Positions 1 to 12,109 of a stretch of DNA of 64,000 bases are shown here, piece after piece (position 1 is the first letter of the stretch; the number at the start of each line of letters is the position of its first letter). This stretch comes from Zygnema circumcarinatum SAG 698-1b (lineage: Eukaryota; Plantae; Zygnematophyceae). The stretch is from the NCBI GenBank assembly GCA_037447605.1, contig CM074810.1, positions 62,001 through 126,000 of the forward strand, written 5' to 3'. The notes under the pieces are model-generated. The model had not been told where the DNA came from and did not search any database. It saw only the letters and a list, made by a program, of their open reading frames with translations. The position numbers and the translations under genes were made by a program.

Positions 1-128
1 CACTCACTGACCAGCATACTGAGCGTGATTCACAGCTTTAGGCATGCTGCGGCATTGTGCCCAAAGTTCTCTCAGAGGTGGTAGCCCTCACCTTGGGTTT
101 ACAATGCAATCTGCTGTACTTTTGGCAG

Positions 129-3100
129 CTGGATACTATTTTTTTTGAATTTGAGACGATGTACGCGATGCATGCGGGAGTTGTGGAGGTGACTGCCAAA
201 AAGATACTGGCGGCTCTGGAGGTGAGAGGACCCTTCATCGCCGTCTGCCGCCTGACTTCAAATCCTGCACATCCTTACAACTTCCTGGGGGCTAAGGGAC
301 GAATCGACCAAAAAAAAATTGTTGTCTACAGATGACACATGAAGAACAACGCACCGAAGTGTATATACAAAGCGTGGCATTCAAAAACAATCGTAAATAA
401 AGAACATGTCTCATTCTCTCGAATGCTATCGGAACGCAAGCGAGTGGGTTCAGCTCAGAGAGTGAATGGTTAAACCCTAAATAGCCTTTCTGCTAAAATT
501 CTGAAATCTCAAGCAGAGACTTACTGCAGACCTGCTTGGAAGCCCACAAAGATGGAGAGAGACGAGCTTTAGAGAACATTTTAGAGCCCCTCTTCCAGCT
601 CGTGCGCCCCTACGTGGAAGGAAAGCAGGGGTATATGAGCTTCATCGTGCAGTCTTTGTTTGAGGAATACCTCGCAGTGGAGGAGCAGTTCACCACGGCT
701 CCTGAGGTGTGTGGTGGGCTAATTTTAAGACATTAATCCTGTTTTCTTCGCAAGTTCGTTGTAGTGTATGCATGTCTTTTTCCTCTATTTGGTGTTGTAC
801 ATGGGCTCGGAGCATGTGCACCCATCCAATCTGAGGGAGGGGGTTGGGGCAAGTGCAGGCGGATGTGATTGAAGGGCTGCGCATTGCGCATAAGGCAGAG
901 CCTGCAGCCGTGCTGTTTGCGGTCCTTTCTCATCAGGTATCCTTTTTTTCATCTCCTTTTCCCCTCCTTCCTCCTTTCCCTTTGTGAAACCCCCCTCACA
1001 ATGTCTGCACAACATTTTCTGTGATACTGTTGTGAAACTGATGTTGGGGATGCCACAATAGCAGCAATTTGCCTTCGTTTTCTGCCGTATCTGCATCGAT
1101 GTCATGCTCTTGCCTTTCCTTTGAATTTGTACCTGCAAAACATCCTGTTGACACATCCAGTGATTCAGAAGCACTGAAAGCCGGGTATCTTTTGCCTGAA
1201 CACTCCACCACTGCGCTGTTCGTTAGTTCACCTCCAATGCAGCACCGCTTTCAAAGTAAAAACGCAATGGAAATAGAAGCCCTTAGTCCCTCCCTCCCTC
1301 CCTCCCTCCCTCGTGTGCGAGTCTCCCGCAGGGAGTGCGGCGGAAGAACCGTCTGCTCGCGCGGCTGATGGCCAATGGAGGGGTCGCCACCACCGCGAGG
1401 CATCATACGCACCTTCTGCGTCTCTCCGCGCTAAAGCACCACGACCATGCGGAGGTAGGTTGCCCGCCCTCCTCCTCCCCCCCCTCCTCCTCCTCCTCCT
1501 CCTCCTCCTCCTCCTCCCCTCCTCCTCCTCCTCCTCCTCCCCTCTCTCTCGTCTCTCTCTCTCCTCTCTCTTCTCTCATCTCCCTTCCTCTATTTCGCCA
1601 TTTCCCTCTGCCCATTCCGTTCGTCCCTTCCTCCGTTATCCCTCACTCTCCATCTCCCTCCCTTCCTCTCTTTCGCCACTTCCCTCTGCCCCTTTCGTTC
1701 GTCCCTTCCTCCGTTATCCCTCCCTCCCCATTTTATCTTACCCTTCGACTTCCACTTCCGCCTCTCTGCCTCGTCCTCTCACGCTTCCTCTCCTGCCCTC
1801 CCTCGTCCTTACTCTCTTTCCTTACGAAGTCACAAATCTTTCTCAGAATACTGAAGACCTCCCTCCTCTGTTAAAGTCTCTGGGCCTGAGCAGGTGATGT
1901 GTGAGGAATTTTTCTTGTTTATTTTTCCTGTTGGCCATCGTTGTGAGAGAGTTTGCAGGATGTTGATACTGTTCCCTCCCTTCCTCGTCGCGTGAAGTGC
2001 AGGTGGCAGTGCAGGCGAGCCTCCTACTGGAACAGACGAAACTGAGCGACATACAGGGCACCATAGTGCGAACTCTTTCCAGCCGAGATTTAACCACGAC
2101 GGTTAGTGATGACAGCAACCTATCAGATTTAAGCAGGGGCTACTCGGGGGTTCTACCTCTCGTTGCCAAGAAAGAAGAAAGCGAGAGTCCGCTCACATCC
2201 GTAGCGGAAGATTCGAAAGATGTTCGCCGACATGCAGAGTTTGACGAGAGGATAGAGATGCTGGTGGACTCGCCAATGGCCATAGAGGAGGCCCTTGTTG
2301 CTCTGTTTGCTCACGAGGACTCCAACATTCAGCATGGAACAGTAGAAGCATACATAAGGAGACTCTATCAGGTGGGCATTTCACAGTTTCCAAATGTGGC
2401 TTGTTTGTTTGTTTCAGATTAATGATTTGTTTCTGCATATTCTCAAGGCGATAAGGGTTTGATATGGCGTGCTGACACGCGCCTATGTACTCCTCCATCC
2501 TGCCTCCCTCTCGCAGCCTTATCTGGTGAAGGACTCAATCTCGCTGCAAGTCCACGCCAACCAGTCATTGGTCGCCAGGTGGCATTTCAGGGAGGAACAT
2601 CCGAACCCCATAGTTATCCCCTTTAAGGAATCCATTTCTCCTCCGTTAGAGGCAGTCGCTGAGAGGGTCAGTATGGGCCTTCTTGTGGTCGCCTCCGGGC
2701 GGGCCGGCTTGCTGGCCATAGTGAAGGAGGCTCTCTCAGGGGGGCTGGTTGAACGCACATCGCTAGAAGTAGCGGAAGGGAACGGCCATGGCGAGGGGGA
2801 TGAAAGCACGACTTCTTTAGACGGCCATTTGGGGGCTGGAAATATTTTTCATCTCGCACTTGTGGGACCCGGCAAATACTTGGAAGGAAAGGTCAAGAGG
2901 TGAGGATGCGAACCCATCCAAAACATTGGTGAAAGCAGACAAAATAGATATAGAAGGAAACACTGGGACTTGTAGAAGATTTTTGTAGGCGAACCGGCTT
3001 AATTTAGAACTTTGCTGAATTAGCATTGCGGAATGGAGATTCACGTTCTTTGGCTATGATATGATGTGGGTGTGGCTGGCAGGAAGGTAGTGGAAGGGGA

Positions 3101-3520
3101 AGAGTTGGAGGAGGAGGAGGCTGAAGTTGAAGCTCTATTCCTGAAGGGCGGCATCGGAGGAGCATTGCAGCAGGCAGGTTTCAGAACGGCGACCTGCCTC
3201 TTTCAGAGAGGCTCGGGGGGGGGCATTTTGCAGCGCTGCTTCCGTTGGGTGCACGGCACAAAAGCGTACGCTGAGCAACCTCTCCTGCGACACGTGGAGC
3301 CTCCTCCTCTCTCCAACTTATTTGAACTTGTGGGTTTCGACCATTTTATTACATGTCGCATGCTCGTTAGTCCTCTATCTGTGGTGCACATTTTTTCTGT
3401 ATCGCTCTCCTTACATTCTTGTTCGCCTCAGTTCTTCTCCCCTTCTCATCCCCATCTCCTCCCCTCCCCCATCCCCCCTCCCGCCTCCCCCTTCTCTCTC
3501 TCTCTCTCTCNNNNNNNNNN

Positions 3521-3576
<56 letters not shown>

Positions 3577-6500
3577 TCCATCCCTCTCCCTCTCCCTTTG
3601 TGTTTGCCAACTCTATGTGTCTGTATGGATTGACTCCGCCGCTGTTGTGCTTGCAGGATAAGCTGAGCAACATGGGAGTGCTGAGCTACTCTCTCTCTCG
3701 TGACAGGCAATGGCACGCCTACTCCTGCACAGAGCCCCCCCACGGCCTGCGCCGCCTCTTTCTGCGCACCATCATCCGCCATTCTCGCCCAAACGCAGAG
3801 TCATGGGGGGACCTGCCCTCTCTCGCCAACCTCTGCCCGCCTGCAGCAAACGGCATTCACAGCTCGGGGGGGGGGGCACTTGGGAGTGGTTCGGTGGCTA
3901 TGACTGTGGAGGTATTGGTGAGAGCGTTGGAGAGGGCAATGGAGGAGCTCGAACTTGCTTCTCACGACTCGAGAGGGAGAGCAGACCATGTCCATGTCTA
4001 CCTCGTGCTGTTGGGGGCTCTGCGTTTGGCCCTCCCTCGAGAGGGGGAACATGAAAGGTATTGAGATCAGCCCAACTATTGGCGATTCTTCTGTCATTCC
4101 CAATCTATTCTCAACCTCCCCACTTCCATTGTAAGCTGTACAAACCGTAACTCTCTGTGTTCATGTGTGTGTGTCTACGTGCTGTCTCCAGCCCTGCGGC
4201 GACAGTGCAACACGTGGCAGATTCCTTGCGTGCCATTGGCCGAGAAGTGGACCGGCGGCTTGGGCGGCACATGCAGCAGCGCGGAGTGGCCGTGTGGGAG
4301 GCGCGGTTGCGAGTGAAGGTGAGGGAGGAGCCGCTGGGGGCATGGCGGCTGCTGCTCGCAAATCCCAGCGGCTTTGCCTGCTCACTGGAGGTAATGACTA
4401 TGACTCACACCATGACTTATATATGACTATTATGTCATCTCTAGGACATTTTTTATGAATGGGTTTACGACCCTTCTTGTAAATTTGGATAATTTTCAAC
4501 AATTTATCAGAAAACAAGAGAGGAAAGTCAAGACTTTTGACGAATTACCGAGGAAGGTCAAATGGCTTGACTTCAAGCTTGTTCACGTCTTTGTGAACCC
4601 GTGGCATGTCCTATTGCAGAAGTCGTTGATGGCATTGTGATTGTGAAGCCACCATTCATAAGTGTTTGAAATTCAACCTCTCAGTCGGTTTTGCAAACTT
4701 GTAAATTTTGAAACCCCACTATCTTCATGAACCATGCCAGCTAATAGCCGTTGCTCATTTGAAACGTGTCAGGTGTACCGTGAGGCAGAAGATGAGAAAC
4801 AGCAGCAGGGAGTCTACTTCTCACCCGACCATCCCCCTCGAGGAGCCCTTCACGGGCTCCCCCTAACGGCTCCATATCCGAAGTTGTCACTACTCGACAG
4901 AAGACGCCTTGCTGCTCGGAGGAGCAGCACCACTTTCTGCCACGACTTCCCTTCTGTGAGTTAATCTTGAGGATAACAATGCCTGACGGCTTATGAAGCT
5001 GAAATCTGACATTCAAACTAAACAGAAAGCTCCTGATCAATCTACATCTTCCGTCTGTGGCTGCTTAGTCTCACTCCTCTCTTTCCTATCTCTCTTCTCC
5101 CACCTTTCTCTCTCTCTCCCCCACTTCCCCCTTCTCTCCTGTTCTCCGTCTCTGTGGTCCCCCTATCTCACACACACGTTTTTCACTGATTGCAGGTGTT
5201 CGAGGCTGCAGTGCAAGCCTCCTGGGAGAGAGCGGCTGCAGTGGACCTGCAGCTAAAGCCCCCAAAAGAAGAGGTGGGAAAGTCTCTTCTGGGAGTGAAG
5301 GAGTTGGTGTTTGCCGAGGGGGAGGGTGGTTGGAACACGCCATTGGTCGAGAGGTCCGAACAGACTCCTTTGGGCAGCTCCGTGGGAATGGCGGCATGGC
5401 GAATGCGAATGTGCACTCCAGAATGTCCGGACGGAAGGTCGATTTTTGTCATTGCAAACGATGTGACACATGGGGCCGGCGCATTCGGTCCGAGAGAGGA
5501 TGCCTTCTTCAAGGCTGTGACAGATCTTGCCTGCACTGAAAAGCTGCCACTTGTCTACTTGGCAGCGAATTCGGGAGCAAGAATTGGATTGGCAGAGGAG
5601 TTGCGAAGAAAGTTTCGAGTCGGATGGACGGATGAGACCGCACCCGAAAGGGGATTCTCTTATCTTTATTTGAGCGAGCAGGAGTATCAAGAGCTGAAGG
5701 AGTCCGTTGTTGCAGAGAGAGTGGTTATTAGTCGTGGCAGTGGAATGGAGGATGAAATTCGATGGGTCGTGACTGACATTATAGGGAAAGAAGATGGGTT
5801 AGGTGTAGAAAATCTGTCAGGATCAGGTGCTATAGCAGGAGCCTTTGCGAGGGCATATAGAGAAACGTTCACTCTTACATTTGTTACTGGCAGGACAGTG
5901 GGGATCGGTGCTTACTTGGCCAGGTTGGGAGTCAGATGCATTCAGCGAGTCGATCAGCCAATCATTTTGACAGGATTCTCTGCACTGAATAAGTTGCTGG
6001 GGAGAGAGGTCTACACTTCACACATGCAGCTTGGTGGCCCCAAAATCATGGCAGTGAATGGGGTCGTTCACTCCATTGTGAAAAACGATCTCGAAGGACT
6101 CTCTGCCATCCTCACATGGCTATCCTATGTGCCGCCCGTCCAGGGGGGGCCACTTCCTTTCATGCGACCCCTTGACCCCCCCGATAGACTGGTAGAATAC
6201 ATTCCAGAAACGTCATGTGACCCGAGGGCAGCCATTGAGGGAGTGCCCGCGGGCCCTATAGATCCTGAGCGCAATGGAGAGATGATGGATGGCAAGCGAT
6301 GGTTAGGTGGAATTTTTGACTGTGGAAGCTTCACTGAAGCTTTGGCCGGCTGGGCAGAGACTGTGGTAGTTGGTCGCGCTCGCTTGGGAGGAATTCCGGT
6401 CGGTGTGATTGCAGTGCAAACACAGACTCAAATGCGGTGCATTCCGGCAGATCCGGGGCAGCCCGATACGGCAGAAAGGGTCGTCCCTCAAGCAGGGCAA

Positions 6501-7833
6501 GTGTGGTTTCCAGACTCTGCAGGGAAGACGGCGCAAGCTTTGGCTGACTTCAACCGGGAAGGGTTGCCGCTGTTTGTGATCGCCAACTGGAGGGGCTTCT
6601 CCGGAGGGCAAAGAGACCTCTTTGAGGGGGTCCTGCAAGCAGGTTCCATGATAGTAGAGCATCTGCGCGTCTATGAAAAGCCTGTGTTTGTGTACGTGCC
6701 GCGAACTGGAGAGCTTCGAGGTGGTGCGTGGGTGGTTGTAGATAGCAAAATTAATCCAGAACGGGTAGAGATGTATGCTGATGAGACAGCACGAGGTGCG
6801 GTTCTTGAGCCAGAAGGCATGGTCGAAATCAAGTTCAGAAAGAAGGACCTTCTTGAATGCATGCACAGATTGGACCCCGTACTTGTAGATCTTGATGCAA
6901 AGCTCAAGGGTGTGGACCTTGGAACGGTGGCAGAGAAGAGCAAAACAAGAGACAAATCAGGGGACGAGGGGGAAGTGGTCATTTTCCGGGCCCAAAAAGA
7001 GGGAGAAGCAGCTGCTAGTGAATTGAAGCGCCTGATTGAAGCGAGGGAAACAGAAGTACTGCCGCTGTACACTCAAATAGCCATTCGTTTTGCTGAGCTG
7101 CATGACACGCCCAAAAGGATGTTGGCAAAAGGCGTCATCAAGCGCATTGTCCCCTGGAAAGAGGCGAGGTCGTTTTTCTATCGCAGGCTCGCTTTTCGAT
7201 TGGCACAGGAGGATTTGGTTAAGGCTGCTATGGCAGGCTGCGGGTCTGACTGCAGTCACCGGCAGGCAATGGCCCTCCTCTCTGGATGGGAAGCAGAGTT
7301 GCGACAGAGGTTCCCCCACTTGCAAGTTGACGGGGCTGGCGAGGCCGGCCTGCTGGTTTTGGCGTGGGCCAAAAGGAAGGGACTGCGGTGGTCCTGTGTG
7401 ACGCGCCCTCTTCAAGACGAGCATGCGGTGGGTGGTGGCGGCGGAGCAGCAAAAGCTTCTCCGGATGTGGACGCGGACGTGGATGCGGTTGCCAGTGAGT
7501 TGGAGAAGAAGCTGGAGCAGTTGCATGTTGCGTCGGTTGCTCGGAGAGTGGAGGCGCTCATGAGTGCGGGCAACTGGGTAGAGGGCCTTCGGCACGGACT
7601 TCAAAGTTGCCTTTTGAAGGTGAGTTGATGTTCCGTTAACAGCCAGTCAATCACGTGCGCGTGCGCCTTTTTTTCTAGTCATTCCGTGTTTTGTAGCACG
7701 GGCGGCTTCTCTATAATCTAACCGTCGAGGTGGACGACTTTTGATGCGATGTTGACAGGTGCCGCCCGAACATCGCAAGCAGGTTGCGTCAGATCTGAAG
7801 GAGGCGATAGACTCCGCTATTGGCGATACTTAG
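129..7833 (+). CDS. ACC1: Acetyl-CoA carboxylase, homomeric cytosolic type (5'-partial: central region plus carboxyltransferase domain)
   Basis: Phase-consistent GT-AG exons: 129-221, 530-706, 859-936, 1332-1454, 2003-2371, 2517-2899, 3083-3329, 3657-4057, 4192-4390, 4773-4955, 5196-7619, 7759-7833. Plant ACC motifs: SLFEEYLAVEE, VLSHQG, EAYIRRLYQPYLVKDS, RDRQWH, FGPREDAFF, LAANSGARIG, GVENLSGSGAIAG, GGPKIM, QAGQVWFPDSA, ANWRGFSGGQRDLFEG, GELRGGAWVV, FAELHDT. The track ORF ending LKVS* actually reads into a donor (AAG|GTGAGT at 7620). The last exon VPPEHRKQVASDLKEAIDSAIGDT* matches the short plant terminal exon. Confidence 0.96.
1466..1722 (+). repeat. (CCT)n/(CT)n tract followed by two copies of a ~60-nt unit (period ~78 nt) in an ACC intron
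   Basis: TTTCGCCAYTTCCCTCTGCCC...TTCGTCCCTTCCTCCGTTATCCCTC occurs at ~1590-1645 and ~1668-1722. Confidence 0.8.
3493..3571 (+). repeat. (CT)n microsatellite containing a 10-N assembly gap (3511-3520)
   Basis: Direct reading; lies in an ACC intron. Confidence 0.95.
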
Positions 7834-8523
7834 TGCGAATTCTTTCATCGTTCGTTTTCCATTCCTTTGCCAGAATTTGTTTTGCCCACGACCTGCCCAC
7901 CACCTGCTCGTACCCCATGGCATTAAGGTTGCCTAATTTTTTGGCCTTCTTTGGGCGATCCCTGCAGAGCTGCATAGCTAGAGAAGCTGAAATCCGACTG
8001 TGCACAGGACTTCCGTTTATTCTTGCGGGATAACCCTCTTGTTTGTGGACCCGTCATTGTTTTATTTATTTCAAAATTGCTGATTTTACCCGAGTCCCTC
8101 TTAGCCACAGAATGATGCTCACTGAAACGATTTGGCGTCCATGGAAGTAAGTCCCTCAGTGTTAAACATATGTGCTCACAAACAGCGGCAACTCTGCAGC
8201 AACAGAATTGGTCCTGCACTCTGGCTATTGTAATGTCAGCAATCTCCTTGATGTTGTAATGTTCAGAAAACAGTACAGAGCACATTTGTCCTTTCAGCGC
8301 ACGCATGATTACCTACGTTGTACACTCAGTTCGTTCCACTAAATAGAAAATTAGCAATGTTCGCAAATGTTGCCAAACAGCCATATTGTTCAGTGTAGAT
8401 GACTCCCAACTGCACTTGGAAAATTGCAGTATTGGCCACACAAGGCCCAGGGCCATGTGTGCGTTGGCTTTAAGTAGCATCTACAAGGCACGTTCAGCTC
8501 AACCATGACGTTAGCAGAGGGTG

Positions 8524-10544
8524 CTACTCCTCGGGCTCCTCGTCAGAACTGTTGTCTCGTAAGAACGACCCCAGCGTCTTCCGCAGATAATCGATTGACT
8601 TTTCCTGCACCGGCTTACAAAATAGCAGGAACGGGATGCCAATGTTACTGATTTGAAACGGCGTCCGTGTACACGAACAACTAGAAAATGACCAAGGCGG
8701 AGCTATTCCCTAGACTTGAACGCCTTGCTCAATTCCAGCTAAAAAGTCATAAAGTTGCAGTTCACATAATCTGCCATCTGACACTGAATTTTCCAGTCTG
8801 TCTGTTCACAAACCACGCGTACCGTGTATGTTACGGACATAAGAAATTTATCTCTCTGAACATTACCACTCCTGTCAACTTAACAGTTGTCAGCTTGTAA
8901 CTCAATATTCAATTGTCCGTCCCGTGAAAGCAGACCAAAGCTTCCAATAGTTGAAAGTAGTCAATAAGCTCGAACATGATAAAAAAAGAACAAGACACGA
9001 ATGACTGGATGAAGCATTCTCACCTCTTGCTTTCTTTTCTTTAACGATGACTCAGCTTCAGATATTTTTTGCGAGGTTACTTTGTGTAAATCTTCCAACG
9101 TTGCCTTGTCCCTCTTTTCTGCAAAGAGCAAACCTCTTTCATGACGTGAATGCTCATGGTCTGGAATTCTCCAGATTCGTTACTCCATTCTACAGCTAGG
9201 CCATGCCGCGAGACCAGGCCCCTAAGCCATTCTCAAAGCAAGAAGTCAGGAATGACAGTTAGACGAACGATCACTCTGAATTTTATTGAGTAACGAGCCT
9301 TGGCTACAAAAAAGGACAGGGGACCTTACTTTGTTGATCGAGCTTTACAAGAAGCTTTTCCTTCTGCTCCTCATACTTGTTATAAATATCTGCCGAGATC
9401 AAACAAGAGATGTACAGGTTAGAGGAATTTGCATGCAATCAGCTCGTTCCTAAGCTGGAAAAAAAAAAATAGAGAATTTGATCCGCCACCTTACCTTCGC
9501 AAGTTTGCATATGTGCTTTCAGATCAGCCGTGAACTTCTCATGTACCGCTTGGAACTTGTTAGCCTCGTGCTTCATGGACGCCTCAATGTCCTTGCAAAT
9601 CTTGGAGATTGCTTTGATAGATATTTGCCTGGAATCAAGCCAATGCAATATTTCCAACAAAGCTTCATTTCCTGATTGTTGGCCTATACAAACGATACAG
9701 GCCATAACATAGGCCATAGTCAGACTCTTACTAAAGGTCTCAAACAGCATTGCAATAGTGAAGCAACTAGGCTATGGAAAGAACTCTCATGCTGCTGAAT
9801 GATTCGCTTCAGCATGGCCGTCCTACCATTCCTTGTCCCCTTTTGTCTTAGCATCATCGAGGAGGTCCTTCAGCTCCCCGCTCAATCTGCAATCAGAAAA
9901 AAATGTTCAAAAAATGTCTAGCTAAGCACCTCGTGAAAGGTTTTTAAGTACCAGGACAAGGAGATTTTGCAACTGACGCCGTTGCCATAATCCTCCTGCA
10001 TAGCATGCTTTTGTAGCATTGCAGAACACGGATGCACAGCATTGAAATCATCTGCAGAGAAAAATAATGGAAAGTAGCTGGCAAAACCTCGAAATAATTG
10101 TTTCATTTTTGTTCTTCACGTCTGTTGTTGCTTTGTCCTTGAATTTCGCTATGGCTGAGATTATTCCCTTGATATCTCTGCAAGGAGACAAACAGACCGA
10201 TCAGTCCATAAAACAGTCCAGTCGAGGCCGGTCAAGAGTTCCGTGTAATGCCGCCCCGTCACAAAAAAAAATGAATCATCATTCGCGCCATCCAATGTCG
10301 AGCATGTCTTATCGACCATACGCAGATCAGCAGCATTACAAACGTGAAATACAGACGATATCGAAATATGGACTTTTTATACAGGCCACGTTCACACACT
10401 TGCCGAGAGGCCTATAGCTTGTACAAGCTTGAACTAAATCTTCACTCACTTCGAGAATTCAAGGTCCTCTGCCTCATTTGCAGTGGCCTTTGCAGGAACT
10501 TCATCCCCGAGCTTGACCTTCTTACTCGCCGTCACTGCCGCCAT
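8524..10544 (-). CDS. ASY4: Meiotic chromosome axis protein ASY4 orthologue (204 aa, coiled-coil)
   Basis: Minus-strand exons 10544-10450, 10177-10088, 9886-9827, 9628-9495, 9389-9330, 9118-9024, 8604-8524; all GT-AG, 615 nt, in phase. Protein: MAAVTASKKVKLGDEVPAK...DLEFSKDIKGIISAIAKFKDKA...MKHEANKFQAVHEKF...SSLKKRKQEEKSIDYLRKTLGSFLRDNSSDEEPEE*. It is collinear with Arabidopsis ASY4 as I recall it (SSDFKGIMSALQQFREKA...LKDEAAKFEELHKKF...ESLKKKK...LRKTLGSFL...SDEE). Confidence 0.88.
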
Positions 10545-10989
10545 CGCGTAAAATCCTGGAGGCAAGGGAAGCAGTCCAAGATCAATCACTCACAGGGCCA
10601 CGGCTGGGGCTGCAGCCTGCCTTCAGGGAGGGCGCTGCGCTGCAGTGCAGGGAGGAAGGGGACCGTCTTGCAAGCGGTGTCGTCTTGCAAGCGCTTGCGT
10701 TGCAGACCTACACTCTCCGCTACGGCGGCTTTTATGGGTCCCCGCGGGGCGGGAGCCGGCCAGCCAACGTTTCCATGCGGGGGTCCGGATCCGTTCGATG
10801 GCGTTCCATGCGTGACGTCATCCAACGGCTGGAAACGCTGCCGTACGCGGCGCAGCCATCCGACGGCTCTGAGAGCGAACCGGACGGGAGGGCGCACGCG
10901 AACAGTCAAGAGGGACCGAGGGGGGGGCTCGTCTTGATTCTCTTGAACCACAACGCAACTGAACGGAACGGAACGGAGGCGCGCGCCTT

Positions 10990-10998
10990 TTAGGGTTT
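10990..10998 (-). promoter_or_regulatory. Telo-box (AAACCCTAA) in the ASY4 / WW-gene divergent promoter
   Basis: TTAGGGTTT at 10990-10998 in a GC-rich intergenic region. Telo-boxes are typical of plant translation and RNA-processing gene promoters. Confidence 0.4.
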
Positions 10999-12109
10999 GC
11001 TCGCCGGGCGGGCAGGGCAGGGCAGGGCAGGGAACGCGGGAGGGAGGGAAGGAGGGAGGCCCGAGTACTGGCAGGCAGCGCAGCTCGCAGCTGCTGGCGG
11101 AGGCCGCGCACTCGCAGACGACGCCTTCCTGCGTGTGAGCCCCTCGCTGCCCTGGCCTCCTCCTCGCATTCACCTCCGCGTTCTCTACTTCTCCTCTACC
11201 CTCTTTCGATTTTCAAATTATTTCGCGAATTGAGCTGCATTCCCTTTTCGGGTTTCAAATGTGCGTACTCTGTTGTAGAGCGAGAGGCGTGTCAGTGTGT
11301 CAATCATTGTTTTTGTGTCTGTTACTTGACAATGGGGAGAGTGGGAGAAAATGGGAGGCGAAGTAGCGAGAAACAGCCTGACAGCGAACACTATGCTTGC
11401 GGGTCCCAGGTCTCGAGCGTTTCCAAGAGAGTTATCGATGGCATTCACATCATTTATTGAAGTTTTAATTTTGTGTTATGCTTTCAGTAACCTGTTTTAG
11501 TTATGAATAACAAGGTGATTGGTCTGTATGGCTCGGTTTGCAGGCTTTAGAGAGTAGTCCAGAAGGCGTGAATTGATTCTCAAAGTCATGCGACGATCCT
11601 TGTAGGAACTTCTGAAAAATTGATAGCAAAGTAACCTCCGACAAAGGTCCACCACATAGCAGCAACTCAGAGGGAACTCTTCTCAGACAGGCCACGTCCA
11701 TTACTTGTTTGGAGAACCGCTACCAGAAATTGAAAAAGGTCTGTCGGGGAACTCTTCCTGCTGACGCAACAGCAATCCAAACTCCTGCTGTCAAACCTTC
11801 ATCTTTTAGCTTTTCCCCAACCTTTTGTAGTCAGCTTTATCCTTCAGCCCGGCCAGAAGAGTGATTATTGCTTTAAAATGGACTCATTGTAGAAAAACAA
11901 TAGCAAGCTCAGCTAATATCAAAGGATTTAGATTCGCCAAGAGCTCTAAGGACGACTTTCCTTGAAGGGGAATTTACGTGGCTGTTTCTTGAGTCAAGAC
12001 GTATACTACATTTTTAAAGGTTCCTTAGTAATTCCCTTGACTTGCTTTGGTCGTCAGCTAAACTAGCTCCTTCTGCAAAATGACGGGCTATTTTTGTTCA
12101 CTGCCAGGG

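Noticed and set aside
57-128. 5' part of the 92-aa ORF at 57-335 as coding sequence
   Set aside because: Only 129-221 aligns to ACC and is bounded by AG/GT; the rest appears intronic.
7620-7628. ACC stop codon at the end of the 812-aa track ORF
   Set aside because: GTGAGT at 7620 is a donor. The true C-terminus is encoded by exon 7759-7833.
10556-10593. Possible 38-nt GT-AG intron in the ASY4 5' UTR
   Set aside because: Much shorter than any coding intron here (about 100 nt or more); the acceptor may pair with a more distant donor. It cannot be judged without cDNA.
10344-11233. Overlapping 100-200 aa ORFs on both strands in the ASY4/WW intergenic region (similar cases at 24372-25004, 36254-37072 and 41860-42575)
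   Set aside because: GC-rich promoter DNA is stop-poor; the translations are low-complexity Arg/Ala/Gly/Pro with no domains.
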